A stretch of DNA of 56,872 bases, the filler included, from Sphacelaria rigidula (Eukaryota): NCBI GenBank assembly GCA_964200075.2. It is 7 parts of 7 records of this genome, joined end to end, with 100 filler letters (N's around TTAATTAATTAA, not from the genome) between each part and the next. Parts side by side here need not be neighbours in the genome. Positions count along the whole stretch, not along the records: positions 48,835 to 56,872 come from CAXNAA020012547.1; 6 more parts are not named here. One strand, written 5' to 3'. Positions 51,463 to 56,872 of the stretch are shown one piece after another. Each line of letters begins with the position of its first letter. Position 1 is the stretch's first letter. The translations under genes were made by a program, and so were the position numbers. The notes beneath the pieces are model-generated. The model worked only from the letters and a program-made list of their open reading frames with translations. It did no database searches and was not told the origin of the DNA.

Positions 51463-52036
51463 CCCCCCCCCCGGTACACGCCTTGCATTTTGGTCTTGCG
51501 GGCTGGGCCATGGCTATCAGCACTCCCCCGCACCGCGTCAACTCACGTCAAACAAACTCAGTCAACTAATTTGTTTACTCACGTGCTCACGCGTTCCACG
51601 GGGGAAATTAGATACTACAAAACACGAATAAAACCCGCAACCCGTCGGGAATCGAAGCCAGTATAGAGAAAATAGACAGGTGGTGCTAATATTTGCTTGC
51701 ACAGAGTCCAGGAAGGCAAGTGCTTTGGCTGTGTGCACAAAGTTGAACAAACTTGACCCGTTGCGTGCCCTCGTTGGGCAAAAGCAATCCGGCCGCACCG
51801 GGGTGCCATTTTTGGTGCGCGCATGACCGCATGCTGGTGGATGCTTCTGTGGCCTTCTGCCGTGAAAATGGTTGCCTTCGGTCTTTCCTGTTCCCATCTT
51901 TTCTTCTTTTGGCAAGGCTTGAGACAATGAGGCGTCTGGCTCGGGGACGGAAGGGGACGGTTCCCGAAGGGTTAAACCAAGTCAAGATAAATTAAATTAT
52001 ATTACACGGAATCAAATTCGTACGTGCAGGTGGGAG

Positions 52037-52065
52037 GTACACACACACACACACACACACACACA
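52037..52065. repeat. (CA)n microsatellite
   Basis: Visible. Confidence 0.95.
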
Positions 52066-52403
52066 TGCTTCTGCTCTTTTCCTTGAAAAGTGAACTCTAT
52101 GACGCAGTGGTTCCCGTCGCTTTTTTTTCAGTGTATCGGTTGCCACTCGCTTTCGATAACCCGCGTTTGGGTTCGCAGGCAATTGCGTGAGAGGACAACA
52201 CACGCCTGTTCCTCTACCCTTCCACCACCAGGGAGGGTCATCTACATCTTCGCAGTCATTTTCCATAGTAAACAGGAGGCCGGCTTCGACAGATCACAAC
52301 CCTATACATACACCCGGGTCGTCATCGAAGGGACAAAAAAACGTCGAGGAAAATGTCATTATAGTATTACATATATATAATGAAAATTGAGGAGAGCACG
52401 CAC

Positions 52404-55329
52404 CCGACTCTATGTTGGTCTCCTGAAGGATCATGACCACCTCACGCATAGCCTTCATCTCCGGAGATAAAGTTCCCGGAGGATCTTCCACCACGATCAC
52501 ACCCGACATGCCGCCCAGCGTTTGTACCGAGCTAGATCCGTCTGCAGTGCGTGCGCCCCACAGGGACAAAAGAAGAAAAAAGGAGGAAAAAAAAAGAGAA
52601 CAAGAAAAAGAAAAGGAAGGTAAGATGAAAAAAGCAAACGAACGAAGGACTGCGTAGCACGTTTTTTGGCTGAAATCGGCGCCTACCGAGGTGACTTTAC
52701 TGTGTGCACACCTCCCTTACTCGATGTCTGTCTCGGATTAGGGTTGGGGTTTAGAGTAGAGTTAGCGTTAGCGTCACGAGTAGCGCCAGGGGTGTGGCAA
52801 TGTTACAGTACGTGTCAACCATCGCTTATTTTCGCCGAACTCGGGTAAGCCTGCCTGAAAAAAAACAATGAAGAAAATACGAATAAAAAGAGCAGATAGT
52901 AGGTAGAAGGGACTGAAGAAAGGCGGGGCAGAAAAAAAAAGACATAACAAAATGATCATACATGAAACGAAGACGGAGATCTACAGCACGGTACTCGTAT
53001 GTGCATACCGCGTTACATGTTACAGTAGACAGTTTTCTTGTGCGAACGCTTTAGTTATTTGTCATTTTTCCAAAGCACGCCTTTCCAAGCGCCACGGGTT
53101 TTTCTCCATTTTCTCGAGAAAATTGCGGTGAGCCCGTTTTTGAGATATTAGTTGTTATTGCTCACTAGCCATGGCGAACAATGCGCCATAATAGATGCGA
53201 AATAGAGAAGGATATATATATATATATATAATGCATGTCGTAAATTTGTACACTTATGATGACCCCAACCCCTTTTACCGATCAAGCACATAAATGTACG
53301 TCGATGATTTCATATTCTTGGCAAAGTGCAGGGCAATTGAGCAGACACTGTTGTAGGGATGTACACTTGATGTTGAAACTATCAGCCCATATCGATTTAT
53401 AGCATATACAAATATTTTTCTAGTTTTGTCTTTTTTTGTTTTTCGGCCTCACTCCGTTTGTCTGTTGCATATTTTTCGCTTTCTCTCTCTTGTTCGTCTT
53501 CAGCAAGCGTTTCCATTGTGTTCGCCTTGACGTTTCCATTTTGATCGCCTTGGGTACGTCTATCGTGTGGATAATGACCACAGGTCAGTCACAAGTGTCA
53601 CAACTATAAATGAATATTTCACAGAACATCCCATCATATCGCCAATTACGTTGCTTACTCTACAGGAATTTGGAATAATGGTACTTACTATATAATTATA
53701 CGCATCGTTTTTGGACCTTGATACCAAGGATACGAATTTCGATATATCACGATATCAAGTATCATATCAGGGCATTTTGGAGCCTGGCACACATATACAT
53801 TACACATCCCTAGTATCAGGCTCCAAAATCGCCCTGATGGAATCATTGATATCGTGATATATCGACGTATCATGATATATCAAATATTATCCCCAAGTTC
53901 CTCTATTATTAGGCTCCAAAATCGCTCTGACACGGTACTCGAGATTGTGATATATCGTGTTTCACGATATGTCAAATATTCCCTCGCAAATTCCTCTTGT
54001 AGCAGGCTCCAAATCGCTCTGACACAATATTTGAGATCATGATATATCGTATATCACAAAGTATCAAATATTACCTCGCCAATTCGTCTACTACCAGGCT
54101 TCAAAACCGCCCTCCTACGGTATTTGAGATCTTGATGTATCGTATATCACGAAACAATAGATCAAGTATTACCTCGCAACTTCCTTTAGTATCAGGCTCC
54201 AAAATCGGCCTGATGGGATTATTGATATCGTGGTATACCGTATGGATCTATCGCGATACTTCAAACATTACCTCGCAAACACCTCCAGTATCAGGCTCCA
54301 AAATCATCCTGATCCTCTATTCGATATCGTGACTTATCGATATATCACGACCTGCTCTAGCACATACCATCTCCCAACCTCCTACATGATTAGCACCAAC
54401 GCGGGCCTGGTATGACGAATGATTACGTAATACTGTATATTGAACATACCACCACGGGATGGTAACTGATGCACATACCTTCCTCATAGACATCCCGAGT
54501 TGACATACGTAAGTCAAACCCAAATTTTCGAACGAGTTTTGCGAAAACACGGTCGCGGCCGGAATAGTTCAGAGAGCAACAAAATTCGCCGCCGTTGAAT
54601 GCCCGACTGGCAGCAACAACAACAACACAAACTACTCGAGAGGGTTTCAATCACGTGCGAGGGGAGGGACTGTGCAGCGTTGATGTCGGCGGAGTTTCGC
54701 CTCTTGATCGGAGGGAAATTCAGCGTCATCTAACTGTATGAGTATTACACTACCGTATTTATTACCCGGAGTGCTTTTGCAAACGATCGAATCAAACTAC
54801 CATACGTACGTAGCACCTGTGCAATAGTAGTCGGTGCAGTGTTTCGCTCGTGAAAAAAAAAAACAAGAAAAAAAGAAGGGCACACGAATAATTTTTCTAG
54901 CCATGAATTTTCATGTTTTTTCTTCTCTTTCAAGTATGTATATATAGCTCACAGCCCTTTGAGCACCTCGGCGAACTTAAGGCATACCGAGAACCCTCGG
55001 CCAAGGGCGGGTATGCATGCGTGTGGTGTCCTAGGTGCAGTGTGCGCTGGAAGAGCTCAAAGCGGCGCCGCAAGACGACGAGGGTACTCGGGATTGTCAG
55101 CCCTCCTCAAGATCTGAATCTTTACCCTGATGGCCCTACATTGAAATCAAGTACGTCTCGAATGTGGTGATTTGACCACGAGCTCGCGTGAACTCTGCTG
55201 CTCAGCTCAACTACTGCTGTTAGCTTAGAAACAACACATGCCACGAAAATTTGACGAGATTTGTTTCGGGGGGGGGAGTGGGCAGGAAGAAGTGTTGCCC
55301 ACAGTACGCCAAAACACACCGTAAATGGC

Positions 55330-55373
<44 letters not shown>

Positions 55374-56836
55374 AAATAACAACGGATAATGGCGACAACA
55401 AAATGGATGATGACAAGAAATACACACATACTTCATTTACCGTAGTGCGGGTGGTAGTAGAAGGTTCCCGGGTAGTGGTCCTGGGGCAGGTCATACACGT
55501 ACTCCAGAGCGTCACTCGGACCCGCACGCCTGACATAGCGAGAGAGGGAGACAGAGAGCATGCCGAAGCATCTGGTGAAATCGACCGTATAGAGACAAGG
55601 CACTGGTCAAAGGTGGCTACGGAAATGCAGAGCACACGGGTAATACGGCGCAGCCTTTGTTATTGGAATGCCTCGGCGTTAAACTGAAATCACCTAGATC
55701 GGAAAAAAAATCCGGGTTTTGAATCCCGCCAGATAGGCGCCTTCAAGTTTTTAGTACTGGGAAGCATCTGATTTTCGTCGTTGAAAACGTGAGGACGCAC
55801 GTGAGTAGCATTACAAATGTTTTAGGGGTGTGTTGGGTAGGGTAAATACCCGGGTATTGACTCTCCCGAATTTCATGTTGCGATGATCCGATGTCCACCC
55901 CACCTCTACCGAAACATTGGGTAAAGTGAGGTATGATCGCAATACTCTACCCGATATCTGTGTACTGTTGAGTACGGTCTCGATCCGAGTACTCTACCCG
56001 AGTTTCGGGTGCTAGGAGTACGATTTTCCAAATATACAAACATAGGAAATACCCAACCCAACATGCCCTTGAAAACTTTTAATTATAACGGGAGAGGAGA
56101 GGAAGGGGGAGAGTCAGCACGGTGCGGGATCAAGTGCTGGCTCTTGCAACCCACGACACAATACGTACCAAAAATGCAAGACGTGTGTATTCCGGGGGGG
56201 GGGGGGGGGGGGGGGCAACGGGTGATGCAGTCCTCCGCCCTCTATACAATGACCATGTACTGTAAGACGACATGATACGCGACACCACGCACCAACTCAC
56301 CGATAGATATTGTCCGCGACCCCCTCCGGAGACACATGCAAGCCGTGCACGTGCAGATTGGTCACGTTCGGCCATGCCTCAACCCTTCCCTCCCAAAACC
56401 TCTCCCCCGCCCCACCTCGCTCCCCGTCTTCATCCTCGTCCTCGTCCTTCTCCTCCTTCTCCTCCCCATTTGCCGTCATGGTCACGCCCGCCGGTTTCCC
56501 CTCCGGCATCTCCAGGCTGTTGACAAGGTTCACGACCAATTTATCCCCGGCCATGACCCGCAGCGTTGGCCCTGGGACGGAGCCTTCGTAGGCGCGGACG
56601 TTTAGCGTCGGCGCGAGCGGGCCCGCCCGGGCGACAGCGGCGACAACGTTGAGCGTTGTTCGGAGCTCACCGCCGCCGTTGCTGGGGTAGTTATCGTTGG
56701 TGCTGGTGGTGCCGGTACTGGTGTTGATGTCGAGGTTGTTGGTGATAGATGATAACAACGATATTGAGGAGGATATTCTTTCCTCTGGAAGCCTTAGGCT
56801 CTCGGAGAATTCCGTCGGGAAGTCGGCGAAAAGCGG
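52404..56836 (-). CDS. Multicopper oxidase, partial (cupredoxin domain 1 and start of domain 2). Exons 56836-56301, 55529-55441, 52541-52404
   Basis: VPGPTLRV..GD, TNLHVHGLHVSP, DHYPGTFYYHPHY/DGSS..QTLGGMSGVIVVED; GT-AG junctions keep frame (phases 2 and 1). Confidence 0.92.
53690..54360. repeat. About 93-98-bp tandem repeat inside a non-autonomous element in a multicopper-oxidase intron
   Basis: aggctccaaaatc recurs six times, once inverted at about 53773. Confidence 0.8.
55329..55383. repeat. (CAA)n microsatellite
   Basis: Visible. Confidence 0.95.
55823..56071. mobile_element. hAT-like MITE in intron
   Basis: TIR taggggtgtgttgggtagggta / tacccaacccaacatgcccttg; degenerate 8-bp TSD aaatgttt/aaaacttt. 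Confidence 0.75.
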
Positions 56837-56872
56837 CTGTAATTACAGGCAAAATGAGCACGGGTAGGGGGA

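Noticed and set aside
55122-55687. Poly-L, poly-C, poly-V and poly-T ORFs
   Set aside because: Produced by the intronic (CAA)n repeat
19627-56836. Functional linkage of the Tyr-rich RxL protein with the multicopper oxidase as a cross-linking system
   Set aside because: They lie on different, artificially joined contigs

Overview
Eukaryotic, repeat-rich DNA, most likely from a brown alga (inferred from spliced GT-AG genes with long introns and the TE families present). The window is not one locus. It is seven contigs of 8039/8038 bp joined by identical 100-bp N-TTAATTAATTAA-N spacers, so neighbourhood across gaps means nothing. Contents: a decayed Ty1/copia element with an intact 5' LTR plus a related solo LTR, a decayed APE-type LINE and several LINE 3' tails beside C/G runs, a decayed Ty3/gypsy element, a Helitron remnant, many MITEs and tandem repeats, and two spliced host genes. 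One host gene is the first cupredoxin domain of a multicopper oxidase; the other is a modular low-complexity protein. The two strongest leads are: (1) a C5-cytosine-methyltransferase-like domain inside the gypsy Pol, between RT and integrase, with apparently non-catalytic motifs IV/VI; (2) a four-exon gene with duplicated GDLS-RxL-S modules followed by Lys/Arg-rich, Asp/Tyr-rich and (PTTAA)n blocks, resembling diatom silaffin/cingulin precursors, with one in-frame TAG in a skippable exon.
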